The notes under the pieces: model-generated
Seen by the model: only the letters and a program-made list of their open reading frames with translations
What the model was told of the DNA's origin: nothing
Database searches by the model: none
In this document: in pieces, positions 10,675 to 20,865 of the stretch
Layout of the letters: every line of letters starts with the position of its first letter
How positions within the stretch are numbered: the first letter of the stretch is position 1
Translations under genes and position numbers: made by a program
Assembly: GCA_963668675.2 (NCBI GenBank)
Contig: CAXXMB010000002.1
Span: 1,248,001-1,312,000 of the forward strand
From: an uncultured Desulfatitalea sp.
GTDB taxonomy: Bacteria; Desulfobacterota; Desulfobacteria; Desulfobacterales; Desulfosarcinaceae
DNA length: 64,000 nucleotides
Reading direction: 5' to 3'

Positions 10675-11775
10675 ATGCCGGACCCTGCAACCATTGATAG
10701 CACTGTAAAATCCGAGGTGAAACCACCACTGGCCAGCGTGGGGATTCTGGGGTGGATTCGGGGTAACCTGTTCAGCAACTGGTACAACTCCCTGCTCACC
10801 ATTGTGGCCCTGATTATCTTGTGGAACACTCTAATTCCGTTCATTAAGTGGGCGCTTATTGACAGTCTGTGGTTTTCCACCGGTAAGGAGTGCCAGGCCG
10901 GAGAAGGCGCCTGTTGGTCAGTGATCACGGCCAACATCCGTTTCGTCATTTTCGGATTTTACCCCTATGAGTTGCAGTGGCGCCCCGGACTGGCCATCGT
11001 CTTGCTGGTGACACTGCTGATCATCAGTCAGTATCGCCTGTTCTGGCGCAAATCGCTGGCGTATTCCTGGATTGTCGGGCTGGTGGTCATGGGCGTCCTG
11101 CTAAAAGGCGGCATCTTCGGCCTGGAATCTGTCGAAAGCACCAAGTGGGGAGGATTTCCGTTGACCCTGCTGCTCTCGGTTTTCGGCCTGACCGCTGCTT
11201 ACCCGCTGGGGATCGCCCTTGCACTGGGGCGGCAATCCAGAATGCCGGCCATCAAGTCTCTCTGCGTGGTCTATATCGAGTTGATTCGCGGCGTACCACT
11301 GATCAGTCTTCTGTTCATGTCGTCGGTGGTCTTTCCGCTCTTCATGCCTGAAGGGGTAACCTTCAACAGCATTTTACGGGCTCAGTTGGCGATCATTCTG
11401 TTTACCGCCGCCTATATCGCCGAGGTTGTGCGTGGCGGGCTGCAAGGCATGAGCAAAGGGCAGTATGAGGCAGCCGAGTCCCTGGGGCTCAACTACTTTC
11501 AGACCATGCGCCTGGTCATTCTGCCCCAGGCGCTTAAAATCGTGATACCGCCTACGGTGAGCATCCTCATTTCAGCCTTTAAGGACACCTCCCTTGTGGT
11601 GATCATCGCACTCTACGATCTGTTGAAAACCACCCAGAGCACATTGCAAGACCCCCGCTGGATGGGATTTTCGGCCGAAGCTTACATATTCGTCGCCATC
11701 ATCTATTTTATCTGCTGTTTTTATTTGAGCAATTTCAGCAGAAAAATAGAACGGGAACTGGATACGGGAAGATAG
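10675..11775 (+). CDS. aapM: Amino acid ABC transporter permease
   Basis: GQYEAAESLGL, FKDTSLV, YIELIRGVPLI. Confidence 0.9.
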   Translation: MPDPATIDSTVKSEVKPPLASVGILGWIRGNLFSNWYNSLLTIVALIILWNTLIPFIKWALIDSLWFSTGKECQAGEGACWSVITANIRFVIFGFYPYELQWRPGLAIVLLVTLLIISQYRLFWRKSLAYSWIVGLVVMGVLLKGGIFGLESVESTKWGGFPLTLLLSVFGLTAAYPLGIALALGRQSRMPAIKSLCVVYIELIRGVPLISLLFMSSVVFPLFMPEGVTFNSILRAQLAIILFTAAYIAEVVRGGLQGMSKGQYEAAESLGLNYFQTMRLVILPQALKIVIPPTVSILISAFKDTSLVVIIALYDLLKTTQSTLQDPRWMGFSAEAYIFVAIIYFICCFYLSNFSRKIERELDTGR

Positions 11776-11898
11776 GGCAAGTTTAAATATGAAATAGGAA
11801 GTATTCCCTGGATTAAAACTTTACACTTTAAACTGAGGTCTTGCAGAAGTCGGCAAGCCCTTGTCTAATTCATTGCTTTAATTTGGTAGATAGACCCG

Positions 11899-12693
11899 AT
11901 GCTTAAATCTTTAACCACAGGAAAAACTATGCCAGCCCCAGCCACGGATATAGCCAACAACGACGCCATCATCGAAATTAGAAACATGCACAAGTGGTAT
12001 GGAGACTTCCACGTGCTGCAGGATATCAATCTAGATGTCAGGCGCAAGGAGCGAATCGTTATCTGCGGCCCTTCAGGATCAGGCAAATCCACCCTGATCC
12101 GTTGTATCAACCGCCTGGAAGAACATCAGCGCGGCAAAATTATTGTGGACGGTATAGAACTGACCAACGATCTGAAGAATATCGAGAAGATTCGTGCGGA
12201 AGTGGGCATGGTCTTCCAGCATTTCAACCTCTTCCCCCACCTGACCATCCTGGAAAACCTGACCCTTGGCCCCATATGGGTGCGCAAGACACCCAAGAGA
12301 GAGGCAGAGGAGGCGGCCATGCACTATCTTCAAAAGGTCCAGATCGCCGAGCAGGCCAAGAAGTATCCCGGACAGCTCTCCGGCGGTCAGCAGCAGCGTG
12401 TGGCCATCGCCCGCAGCTTGTGCATGGCTCCCAATGTCATGCTGTTTGACGAACCTACGTCGGCGCTGGACCCCGAGATGATCAAAGAGGTCTTGGACGT
12501 CATGATCGAGCTGGCCCGGGAAGGGATGACCATGCTCGTGGTCACCCATGAAATGGGCTTTGCAAAGAGTGTGGCCCACCGGGTTCTCTTTATGGATGAT
12601 GGCCAGATCGTGGAAGAGAACTCGCCCACTGAGTTTTTCGACAAACCCCAAAATGATCGTACAAAGCTGTTCCTCAGTCAAATACTTCACTGA
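11899..12693 (+). CDS. aapP: Amino acid ABC transporter ATP-binding protein
   Basis: [28 protein letters not shown]; start could be 11929. Confidence 0.92.
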   Translation: MLKSLTTGKTMPAPATDIANNDAIIEIRNMHKWYGDFHVLQDINLDVRRKERIVICGPSGSGKSTLIRCINRLEEHQRGKIIVDGIELTNDLKNIEKIRAEVGMVFQHFNLFPHLTILENLTLGPIWVRKTPKREAEEAAMHYLQKVQIAEQAKKYPGQLSGGQQQRVAIARSLCMAPNVMLFDEPTSALDPEMIKEVLDVMIELAREGMTMLVVTHEMGFAKSVAHRVLFMDDGQIVEENSPTEFFDKPQNDRTKLFLSQILH

Positions 12694-12837
12694 GCTGAAA
12701 AAGTCGGAGGACGCCAGATCCGGTTTTGCCAATGGTTCGCAGCAGATTCACTGCGGCTTCACCCTCGGCGCCCGGCTCCGAAACTCTCCTGCTTTTTCAG
12801 CGGATTTGTTCAATGGTCGACTTAAAGGGAAAAATCT

Positions 12838-13779
12838 TTGATCTACACAAAATTACTCTTCACTGCTCTTTTTTGGGGAGGCACTTTTATTGCCGGAAGG
12901 GCAATCGCGGGAAGCGTCCATCCGGTGAATGCGGCATTTGTCCGATTTACCGTTGCCTCTGTCTGCCTGCTGATGGTTGTACTCAAAACCGAGGGCCGAC
13001 TGCCCATGCTGCGGAAAAAACAAATCATCTCTATTCTGATGCTCGGTCTGACGGGTGTGTTTGCCTACAATATACTCTTTTTTTCAGGACTCAGGCACAT
13101 CGAGGCGGGCAGGGCCTCGATCATCATCGCCAACAATCCCATTCTGATCAGCCTTTTGTCGGCAGTTATCTTCAAGGAGGCATTCAACTGGATTAAAGCC
13201 GCTGGTATATGCCTCTCTGTGACAGGTGCCATGGTGGTCATAACCAACGGGCAACTTGCGGACACAGCCAGCTACAGCCTCGGTGTCGGCGAATTGCTGA
13301 TTTTCGGATGCGTTCTGAGTTGGGTCGCCTACTCTCTCATCGGCAAAGCGGCCATGGCAAGCCTGTCCCCCCTGATCTGCGTGGCCTACTCGGCTGTGGC
13401 GGGTTCGGCGCTGCTTCTTTTGCCGGCGCTGCATTTCGGCCTGTTCACCGAGGTCACGGCCTATACCTTGACCGATTGGACCAGTCTCATCTACCTGGGC
13501 GTTTTTGGAACGGTGCTCGGCTTTTTCTGGTATTATCAAGGTATCGAGAGAATTGGACCGATGCGGGCGAGCGTGTTCATCAACTTCGTTCCGATCAGTG
13601 CCATCATCCTCTCATTTTTCATTTTGCATGAGCCACTGCGCCTGTCGCTTTTGGCGGGAGGAGGCATGGTCATTGTCGGCGTCTACTTCACTAACGCATC
13701 CCAGATGGTTGCCGGTCTATGGGTAAGGGCCCTGCGGGGTAAGCAGGGGACATGCAAAAGAGGCGGGATCAAACCTTGA
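12838..13779 (+). CDS. DMT/EamA family transporter
   Basis: About 10 TM segments; FWGGTFIAGR and LIYLGVFGTVLGFFWY motifs. Confidence 0.9.
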   Translation: MIYTKLLFTALFWGGTFIAGRAIAGSVHPVNAAFVRFTVASVCLLMVVLKTEGRLPMLRKKQIISILMLGLTGVFAYNILFFSGLRHIEAGRASIIIANNPILISLLSAVIFKEAFNWIKAAGICLSVTGAMVVITNGQLADTASYSLGVGELLIFGCVLSWVAYSLIGKAAMASLSPLICVAYSAVAGSALLLLPALHFGLFTEVTAYTLTDWTSLIYLGVFGTVLGFFWYYQGIERIGPMRASVFINFVPISAIILSFFILHEPLRLSLLAGGGMVIVGVYFTNASQMVAGLWVRALRGKQGTCKRGGIKP

Positions 13780-13924
13780 TTCGTAAATCTGTATCGTTTA
13801 CCACTTACTATTCACAATTCCGGGATCAACCCCATTTTCATTTTCTTATCTCAAAGGGCATAAAGACAAACATAAAGCTTTCTTCCGCACGGGCGCAGCG
13901 AAGCTGAGGACATCAAACACGGAA

Positions 13925-13985
13925 CCGGAACGCTCTAGCTCACAGACGCCAGCTGTTTGGCGTCCTGTGCAGTTGTTGGTTCGGT
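13925..13985 (-). mobile_element. Integron attC site (cassette 2), 61 bp
   Basis: Minus strand ACCGAAC caacaa CT(G)CACAG(G)ACGCCA aacagc TGGCGT CTGTGAG ctagagc GTTCCGG: AAC/GTT triplets, stem with two extrahelical bases; R'' is complementary to the cassette start GTTCGGT at 15026. Confidence 0.85.
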
Positions 13986-14123
13986 GCAATCGGTTTAATT
14001 CTATTGCCGATGTTGTTTACCTTAACAATTTTGCCAAGATTGCAGACTTGATACCACGTTGCCCTCAATCAACATATCAATACGCTTATGGCCATCTGAG
14101 TGGGGAAACCCTCGGCTTTCCAA

Positions 14124-14924
14124 TTATGTATTTTCTTTCTTACCATCTTCAGAGTGATCAGGGCAAATTCCAGTGTATTCAGGGTAAAGCGTCTTGGCAC
14201 AATCAGGGCAAATACTATGGCTAAATTCTGCCTCTGAATGGTCTCTGATGTAGCTCTCAATTTGATTCCAGTACCCTTTGTCATCTCTAATCTTTTTACA
14301 GTTGGCACAAATAGGCAGGATGCCTCTTAACGTAATGACTTCTTCTATAGCTTTATTTAGTTCGGATACGAGTTTTTTCATATCCGTTTCTCTCTGTATA
14401 CGTTCTGTTATGTCATAGAAGATGCCTGTCCATAAAACTTCGCCATTTGCGACTGGTTGGGGGAGCGATTCGAAACGAATCCAGAGAATTTCCCCTCCGA
14501 TATACATACGCCCCTCCCACTTAAAGGGGATTATCTTGGCGTTGGCTTCTTCGTTCTTGCGGTTGTATTCTTCTTTATCATCTTTATGAATCAGATCGAG
14601 GACGAGGCCGGGATTGTCTTCAAACGCCTGCCGTTCAATCTTTAATATTTCACAGGCGCGATCGTTGAATAACTCTAAATGAAAAGGAGGGTTATCCGAA
14701 CTGACCCAAGCATTATTTGAGCGCAGCTCTTTAGGGAACACTCGAATTCGATATATCCCTGCAGGTTGGTAGTTGAACATATCCAGATACAATTTACGTT
14801 CAAGTTGAAGTAGTTCCTTGGCCTCCTTGAGCATGGGTACCGAGTGGTCCATTTCCTGCACTCTTTGCTTTAAAAAGGCATTCTCTTCGATCAGGTCTTG
14901 ATTTACTCTGGATGGATCACTCAT
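14124..14924 (-). CDS. Cassette-borne PAS-like protein with C-terminal Cys-rich domain (LPICANCKKIRDDKGYW...FSHSICPDC)
   Basis: ATG 14924 after AAGGA; PAS/PAC-like segment (IHKDD...WEGR...GIFYDITER); AT-richer than flanks; bounded by attC sites. Confidence 0.8.
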   Translation of the reverse strand: MSDPSRVNQDLIEENAFLKQRVQEMDHSVPMLKEAKELLQLERKLYLDMFNYQPAGIYRIRVFPKELRSNNAWVSSDNPPFHLELFNDRACEILKIERQAFEDNPGLVLDLIHKDDKEEYNRKNEEANAKIIPFKWEGRMYIGGEILWIRFESLPQPVANGEVLWTGIFYDITERIQRETDMKKLVSELNKAIEEVITLRGILPICANCKKIRDDKGYWNQIESYIRDHSEAEFSHSICPDCAKTLYPEYTGICPDHSEDGKKENT

Positions 14925-15019
14925 TCCTTGCCCCTTTCGCGATAAACAATATCGTCTAAAAGAAAGCAAAGCAAGAGGGTCTGGCCAACACATTTTGTAT
15001 TTTAATAATTAATTTCTAC

Positions 15020-15091
15020 ACCGAACGTTGCCTTCACCGGTGGCAATGTAGCGCAGCGAAATTGCCATCCGAGTGTAAGGCATTGTTAAAT
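15020..15091 (-). mobile_element. Integron attC site (cassette 1), 72 bp
   Basis: Minus strand ATTTAAC aa TGCCTT(A)CAC(T)CGG(A)TGGCAAT-13 nt loop-ATTGCCA CCG GTG AAGGCA ac GTTCGGT; begins 10 bp after the stop codon; R'' ATTTAAC is complementary to GTTAAAT at 15627. Confidence 0.92.
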
Positions 15092-15101
15092 GCGCGCCAT
15101 T

Positions 15102-15614
15102 TTAGTCAGTTACATCCTTGCCATCAGCGGTTCGATATCGTCCCCGTTTCCCCGACTCGGTATACTCGTAATGGTATAGCTCTTTTCCATTAACTATTTC
15201 CCATTCCGTCATAACCGCTCCACTTTCAAAATAATAAAATCCCTTACCTGTAGGATTCCCATTTTTATAGTTCGCTTGGGATTTTATCCTACCACTTTCA
15301 TATAGGCTTATTGCAGGTCCATTACGCTCGCTATTTTCATAGAACATGATATTCTTGGCTTTCCCACTCGGATAATTTTCAATGACCATGCCGTCTGGAA
15401 TTTTACCTTCTGAAAAAATTACATCTCCATTTTTATAAGATCTTTTGGCAACTATTTTATCCGCGTTTTTAAAGACCAAATGATAAATCATATGGTTCGA
15501 TGACTTATCTTTGATCTTTGAGAAATCGACAGTAATTAATTCAGCACCAGCGGAAATACTGATACAAAGTAGAATAATAAACGAAATCGAAATTGTTTTA
15601 ATTTTCTTAGCCAT
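15102..15614 (-). CDS. Cassette-borne secreted MORN-variant repeat protein (YwqK-like)
   Basis: Signal peptide; repeats YPSGK, YESGR, YFESG, YTESGK; AT-rich. Confidence 0.75.
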   Translation of the reverse strand: MAKKIKTISISFIILLCISISAGAELITVDFSKIKDKSSNHMIYHLVFKNADKIVAKRSYKNGDVIFSEGKIPDGMVIENYPSGKAKNIMFYENSERNGPAISLYESGRIKSQANYKNGNPTGKGFYYFESGAVMTEWEIVNGKELYHYEYTESGKRGRYRTADGKDVTD

Positions 15615-15620
15615 TTTTAC

Positions 15621-15648
15621 ATTTAACATATATTAGTTGTCATGACAG
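15621..15648 (-). mobile_element. attI-like primary recombination site
   Basis: Minus strand CTGTCATGACAACTAATATAT-GTTAAAT: a GTTRRRY core at the cassette 1 start with no hairpin upstream, so it is not an attC. Confidence 0.6.
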
Positions 15649-16225
15649 TTTTTGATAAATCCTTTGCGATCCATCAAAATCAACCATATCCGAGTACCGT
15701 AAAGCATTTTTAGAAAAAAAGATCTAAATCAAACTTAACATACAGTAATAATGGAATAAATTCATTCCGCTGTGTGACATATCTGTTTCTGGACCGGGAT
15801 GGGCCATTTCTTCCAAATGAAATAAAATCGTAAATATCCATGTATAGTCGACCGATAGAATAATTAGCTTTGAAATTATTAACCAAAACTGACAAATTCC
15901 GACAATCGATATGGGCTTTGAGCGCAACTTATTGCATGGCGGCAATGCGCATTAAATTACAGCCATATGCGTCTGTCAATATGATCACCCAATAGATTCA
16001 CCGGTGCCAAAAACATTCAGGCCTCCGAACCTTTGACGCCGTTGCCAAAATGTATGGGCGCTAAGGCGATCTGGGCGCATACAAGCATCAGTTGCATATT
16101 GATTTTGCCGATTAAGTACCGAGCTGCCTGCACTCCGCGTTGCACCTGCATTCCGTATTGGGCTATTTCTGATCGTTTGTATGACATGTCGAGATATCAC
16201 GCTTCAAAACAAACCGGCAAAGCGA

Positions 16226-19200
16226 TCACTCTTCCTTTGCCAAAGAGACTTTCCGTCCATTCCTCTTTCTCAGCAGTTTGAACTTCCTTCGCCTTATGCG
16301 GCTTCGCAGTTGGCCGAGCAGTTCATAGTTGGCCGGCGTAATCAACAGGGCCAGAATGGTGGCACTGCATAGTCCGGTGACGAAGGCGGTGGCCATAGGC
16401 GCCCAGGAGATCGATTTGGAAGGAATGCCGATGGCCATGGGAAGAAGACCCAGCAGTGTGGTGACCGTTGTGATCAGAACCGGCCGCATGCGCGCGGCGC
16501 ACGATTCGAGGATCGCCTGGCGCAGATCCAGGCCTGCGCGAATGCGCTTGTTCATGAAATCGATGAGTAGAATGGTATTGTTCACGGCCACACCCGACAG
16601 GCCGATGGTGGCGATAAAGCTGCCCACGGTAAAAAGGGTTCGGGTGAAGAAAATACCATAAGCCACGCCGATGATGGCAAAGGGGACGGCGGTGAGGATC
16701 ATCAGCGGCTGAAGATAGTCCCTGAATTGTGAGGCCAGCACCATGTAGATGCCCATCACTGCAATGCTGAAAGCGATGGCCAGGGAGATGTAGGATTTTG
16801 TGGTCGACTCGAACTCGCCGCCGAAGGAGATGGAGACGCCGGGAAGACGGCTCGAGATGGTACTGAAATGGTCCTGTACCCGCTTCTGCACCACGGCGGC
16901 AGAGAGGTTGGAACCGGGTTTGATGTCCGCGCTGATGGTGATGGTCGGCTTTCCCTGGTAGCGGGAGCGCACATTGGGCTCCTCGACGAAACGGGCGGTC
17001 ACCAGATCGCGCAGATAGATGGGCGAGGCACTGTCTTCGATGACCGGCACGGCAAGTATGTCCAGCGGCGTTTTCAAACCGGCCGCATCGCCGATAAGGT
17101 CGTCGGCACGCGCCATGCGGACGATCAGATCCACCTCTTCATCCGCTGCCCTGAAGGGCCCTGCCGGCCGACCGTTGAGGACACCGGCCACGATGGCGGT
17201 GATCTGGGCCGCCGACAGGTTGTACTGATACACCGCCTCTTGACGCGGCTCGAACTTCACCGTGCGATAGCGCACCGGGCGATTGTCCCCCAGATCCACG
17301 AGATCAGCCAGATTGTCATCCTGTCGCATGTAGGAGAGAAGTAAAGTGCTGGCCGATATGGCCGCCGCGTTGGTCGGCGCCTGAACGCGGACGTTGACCG
17401 GCTTGCCGGTGGGCGGACCGTCGCCCTCTTCAAACACCTGCACCTGTGGATGGGCCGGATCGTCGGCGTAGGTTTGCTTCACAAACGCACGGATATGCGC
17501 CCTCATGTAACTCAGATGCTGCATGGGGTCGTTGGCGGGGTTGTCCGGAAAGTTGCGCTCCCGCTTCTCCGGCAGGGTGACCACCACTTGGCCGTAGTTG
17601 GGGCCGTAGTGGCGCACGTAGTCCTGATCTTCATAAAAGCCGGTATAGCCGGCTGTGGATTGGGCCTGTCTGGCGCCCAGGGACATGATGTATTGCGAAA
17701 CAGTGCTGATGATGGCATCGGTGCGTTCGATGGAGGTGCCGGCCGCCGTCTGCAGGGTCACATGGTACCGGAAATAGTTACCCGGGAAGAACTTCACCTT
17801 GATCAGCGGTGCGATGCCCAGCATGGAGAGCAGCAAGAGGGCCAGCGCCGAAACAAAGGCCGCATTGATAGCGACAAATGCGATCCTTTTGTGATCGAGC
17901 ACCCAGATCACCGCTCGACGGTAGATGCGCCAGACATATCCGAAAGGGCCATGCTGCAGGTGGGCAAAGGGCGCCTCCTCATCTTCGCCCACCAAGAGCG
18001 CATCGGCGTTCTTGGGCCCCCAATCGAAGACGTGGATCGGAAGGATGAAGAGCGCTTCGAGCAGGGAGGCGATGAGCGCGTAGCAGACCGTCTTGGGGAT
18101 GATCGAGAAGAAATCGCCGGTGCTGCCGGTCATGATCAGCATGGGGATGAAGGCCAGGGCGGTGGTCATGGCCGAGCTAACCACGGGCAGCATCACTTCG
18201 GATGTCCCGTCGATGATCGCCTGGCGTCGCGACTTGCCCATCTGCATGTGGCGGAAGGTGTTCTCCACGATAATCACCGCATCGTCCACGATGATGCCGG
18301 TGACCAGTACGAATGAAAAGATGCTGATGGTGTTGATCGTCACGCCGGTCAATTTCATGATGGTGATGGCACACAAAAAAGAGAAGGGAATACCGATGGC
18401 CGTGAGCATGGCGTTGCGAAAGCCGAGAGTGAGCCACAGCACGATGACGACCAGTCCCATGCCCAGAAGCAAATTGCCGCCCAGAATGCGAATCGAATCG
18501 TTGATCTCGATGGTCGAGTCGTTGGTGAAAACGACCTGAAGGCCCTCGTCGGCGTGCTTTTGGCCGAATTGGCGCGCTCGCGCCTTGATCTGCTCGCTGA
18601 TGGCGACGGCGCTGCCCTTCTCCTCCTTTGTCACCACCAGCCGCACGGCTTTATGGCCGTTGACCGAGGGCACGGTGATCGGGTCACGATAGTGCAGACG
18701 GGCGCTGGTCACCAGATCACGGACACGAATGTAGTTGCCGTCGCCGTCGCGTCGCACGATCACATCCAGCACATCCTCCTGACTGCTCAACCGGATCCCG
18801 CTGTCGAGCATATAGGAGGTGTCGCCGGTGCGAAACCGGCCCGATGGGATCTTGGTGCCGGCCGACTCGACCGCCTGGACCACCTGGTTGAACGTTACAC
18901 CATAGCGGCGCAGGCTTTCGGGATTGAGGGAGAGGTGAAATTCGTCATCCGGTTCGCCCTCGATGTTCACGTCCCTCACCGCCGGCACGCTGATCAGGGT
19001 GGCGCGCAGCTCTTCTGCATAGCGCTCGAGGCTTTGCAGCGGAAGTTCTCCGCTGAGATGCACGATAATCACCGGCATCCAGATATTGGTGTCGATCCAG
19101 ATGAAGGAGGGTTCGTCCACACCCCGGGGCAGCTCATCCTTGATGTTAAGCACCCGGAAGCGCAGCTCGTCGTAGAGATTTTCGTAATCGGTGTCGTCTA

Positions 19201-19489
19201 CGAACTTGACCTGCACCGAGGAGAAATTGCGATAGGAGTTGGACTGCACATACTCCACATCCTCCATGCTCTCCAAGGCCTCTTCAATCTCGCGGGTCAC
19301 CAGCTGTTCCACATCGTCGGCCGACGCACCGTAATAAACCGTGTGGATGAATACCTTGCCGATGTCGACAAGGGGAAGATTTTCGGTGGGCGTGGTGAAG
19401 AGGCTGAATAGGCCCGCCACCACCAGAATGACAAACAGCACGTTGATGAAAACGGTCTGTTTCAGGGTATATTTGACGACCTTGGGCAT
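16226..19489 (-). CDS. RND efflux permease (AcrB/AcrD/AcrF family)
   Basis: 1087 aa; GIIVDDAVIIVEN and RMRPVLITTVTT motifs. Confidence 0.93.
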   Translation of the reverse strand: MPKVVKYTLKQTVFINVLFVILVVAGLFSLFTTPTENLPLVDIGKVFIHTVYYGASADDVEQLVTREIEEALESMEDVEYVQSNSYRNFSSVQVKFVDDTDYENLYDELRFRVLNIKDELPRGVDEPSFIWIDTNIWMPVIIVHLSGELPLQSLERYAEELRATLISVPAVRDVNIEGEPDDEFHLSLNPESLRRYGVTFNQVVQAVESAGTKIPSGRFRTGDTSYMLDSGIRLSSQEDVLDVIVRRDGDGNYIRVRDLVTSARLHYRDPITVPSVNGHKAVRLVVTKEEKGSAVAISEQIKARARQFGQKHADEGLQVVFTNDSTIEINDSIRILGGNLLLGMGLVVIVLWLTLGFRNAMLTAIGIPFSFLCAITIMKLTGVTINTISIFSFVLVTGIIVDDAVIIVENTFRHMQMGKSRRQAIIDGTSEVMLPVVSSAMTTALAFIPMLIMTGSTGDFFSIIPKTVCYALIASLLEALFILPIHVFDWGPKNADALLVGEDEEAPFAHLQHGPFGYVWRIYRRAVIWVLDHKRIAFVAINAAFVSALALLLLSMLGIAPLIKVKFFPGNYFRYHVTLQTAAGTSIERTDAIISTVSQYIMSLGARQAQSTAGYTGFYEDQDYVRHYGPNYGQVVVTLPEKRERNFPDNPANDPMQHLSYMRAHIRAFVKQTYADDPAHPQVQVFEEGDGPPTGKPVNVRVQAPTNAAAISASTLLLSYMRQDDNLADLVDLGDNRPVRYRTVKFEPRQEAVYQYNLSAAQITAIVAGVLNGRPAGPFRAADEEVDLIVRMARADDLIGDAAGLKTPLDILAVPVIEDSASPIYLRDLVTARFVEEPNVRSRYQGKPTITISADIKPGSNLSAAVVQKRVQDHFSTISSRLPGVSISFGGEFESTTKSYISLAIAFSIAVMGIYMVLASQFRDYLQPLMILTAVPFAIIGVAYGIFFTRTLFTVGSFIATIGLSGVAVNNTILLIDFMNKRIRAGLDLRQAILESCAARMRPVLITTVTTLLGLLPMAIGIPSKSISWAPMATAFVTGLCSATILALLITPANYELLGQLRSRIRRRKFKLLRKRNGRKVSLAKEE

Positions 19490-19525
19490 TGTTTAGGTCA
19501 GCTGTTCTTTCGTCTATTCTTCGGT

Positions 19526-20572
19526 CTAGTCGTTCGGTTGGGGGGTCCGCTTCAGCGCCATTCCCGGTTTCAGATCCGGCTGGTCGGCTATTAGAATCTG
19601 ATGGTCGGTTTCCCCCAGAATGACGATGGGCACTTTCCGTCCGTCCGCTTGCAGCACCACAAAGGGGTTGTCGTAGCGCCGGGTGACACTGTTGCGCGGC
19701 ACCATCAGCCCCCCTCCGGCCACGTCGATGGCCAACTCGACCTGAAGCCCTCCCATCGCTTCGCCTTGATAGTCGATCAGCGCCAGCTCCACGGCCCATT
19801 TGCGAGTGCGCTCGTCAAATTCCGGATTGACCCAGTTGATGTTGGCATGGGCTGGTTGCCCCGCCACCTTGACCTTCAGCCGCTCCGTCCGTCGAATGGC
19901 CTCCATCTCAGGGCCTGAGACGAACAGCGGCACCACCAGCTGCGTAAAGTCAGCCACCATGGCCAGCGGTGTCCCGGTAGCGATAATCTCGCCCGGCTCC
20001 ACCCACCGCTCGATCACAATCCATCCCTGAGGGGCCATCAGGCGATGCCGCCTGAGCCGCTCTTTCATCTCGCGGAGTTGGACGGCCAGCGTTTTCAGTT
20101 CCTGTTCGGTGGTCTGCAACGCCAGCCGGGCCTGTTCGAGCGCTTCGGCAGCCGCATCCCAATTGGACTGGGTTGCAACGTTGCCGGCATGCAATTGGTC
20201 GATGCGGCGAAACTCTTTTTCCAGATAGGCGGCTTGGGAGGCATTTCGTGATCGGGCCACCTCGAGCTTTTTCAAAGTCAACTCGGTCTGCTCGATCTGA
20301 AAACCGATAAAAACGGGGTCCATTTCAAGAAAAGGCGCATTTCCAATGGCTTGACCCACATCGTAATTGACCCGCAACACTTTGCCGGATACCTCGGAGG
20401 CAAGGGTCTGCTTGGCGCGGCTGCGGGTATAACCTATCAGGTTGATCCGTTTGCGTGCCGACGCCACCGTGGGCATATCCTGCGCGCTTACATTGGTGGC
20501 TATAAAGATCAGCGCGGCGAGGCAGCAGGCAGGTGCCCGCCTCCTCCACCCTTTTTGCGGCGTTTCCAACAT
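19526..20572 (-). CDS. RND periplasmic adaptor (membrane fusion protein)
   Basis: Lipoyl halves (EVSGKV...VGQ; APQGWIVIERWVEPGE) flank a coiled coil; ATG 20572 after GAGGAG. Confidence 0.85.
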   Translation of the reverse strand: MLETPQKGWRRRAPACCLAALIFIATNVSAQDMPTVASARKRINLIGYTRSRAKQTLASEVSGKVLRVNYDVGQAIGNAPFLEMDPVFIGFQIEQTELTLKKLEVARSRNASQAAYLEKEFRRIDQLHAGNVATQSNWDAAAEALEQARLALQTTEQELKTLAVQLREMKERLRRHRLMAPQGWIVIERWVEPGEIIATGTPLAMVADFTQLVVPLFVSGPEMEAIRRTERLKVKVAGQPAHANINWVNPEFDERTRKWAVELALIDYQGEAMGGLQVELAIDVAGGGLMVPRNSVTRRYDNPFVVLQADGRKVPIVILGETDHQILIADQPDLKPGMALKRTPQPND

Positions 20573-20773
20573 CAACTCCTCACTTACAAGAATCAATCGG
20601 TGCACAGCAGGTATGGCAGCAGGATAAGTTTCGAATAGATATCGCCTACCATATCCCAGGTTTGCAGTAACATCAATGTAGATGCCCAAATTGGCGCCAA
20701 AACGCCACAACCGAAACAGGAGACGCAGGATGGACGCCGAAGGTGGGAAGAAACACGGCAGGGGTCCGCTTCA

Positions 20774-20855
20774 GAAAAAGGAAACGGCTAAGTGTATTGG
20801 GATCACTTAGCCGTTAAAGGAGGAGAACAGATGAAAAAACTATTGGTTTGGCAGT
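20774..20855 (-). ncRNA. Putative sigma54-dependent small RNA with an anti-SD tract and an intrinsic terminator
   Basis: Lies downstream of a -24/-12 promoter; contains TTTTTTCATCTGTTCTCCTCCTTT, then a 12-bp stem (20783-20794/20804-20815) and TCCTTTTT. Confidence 0.6.
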
Positions 20856-20865
20856 TTAATCTAAA

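Noticed and set aside
13893..13902. Third attC (GCGCAGCGAA is identical to the attC1 loop)
   Set aside because: No flanking stem or AAC/GTT boxes
15621..15648. Chromosomal dif site (ATATGTTAAAT matches the E. coli XerD arm at 10/11)
   Set aside because: The inner TAA/TTA is missing, the XerC arm is poor, and TTAAAT is explained by the cassette's own attC
15650..16225. Integron integrase or a remnant of one
   Set aside because: Only short ORFs with no tyrosine-recombinase motifs; a second GTTAAGT at 15739 has no matching attC
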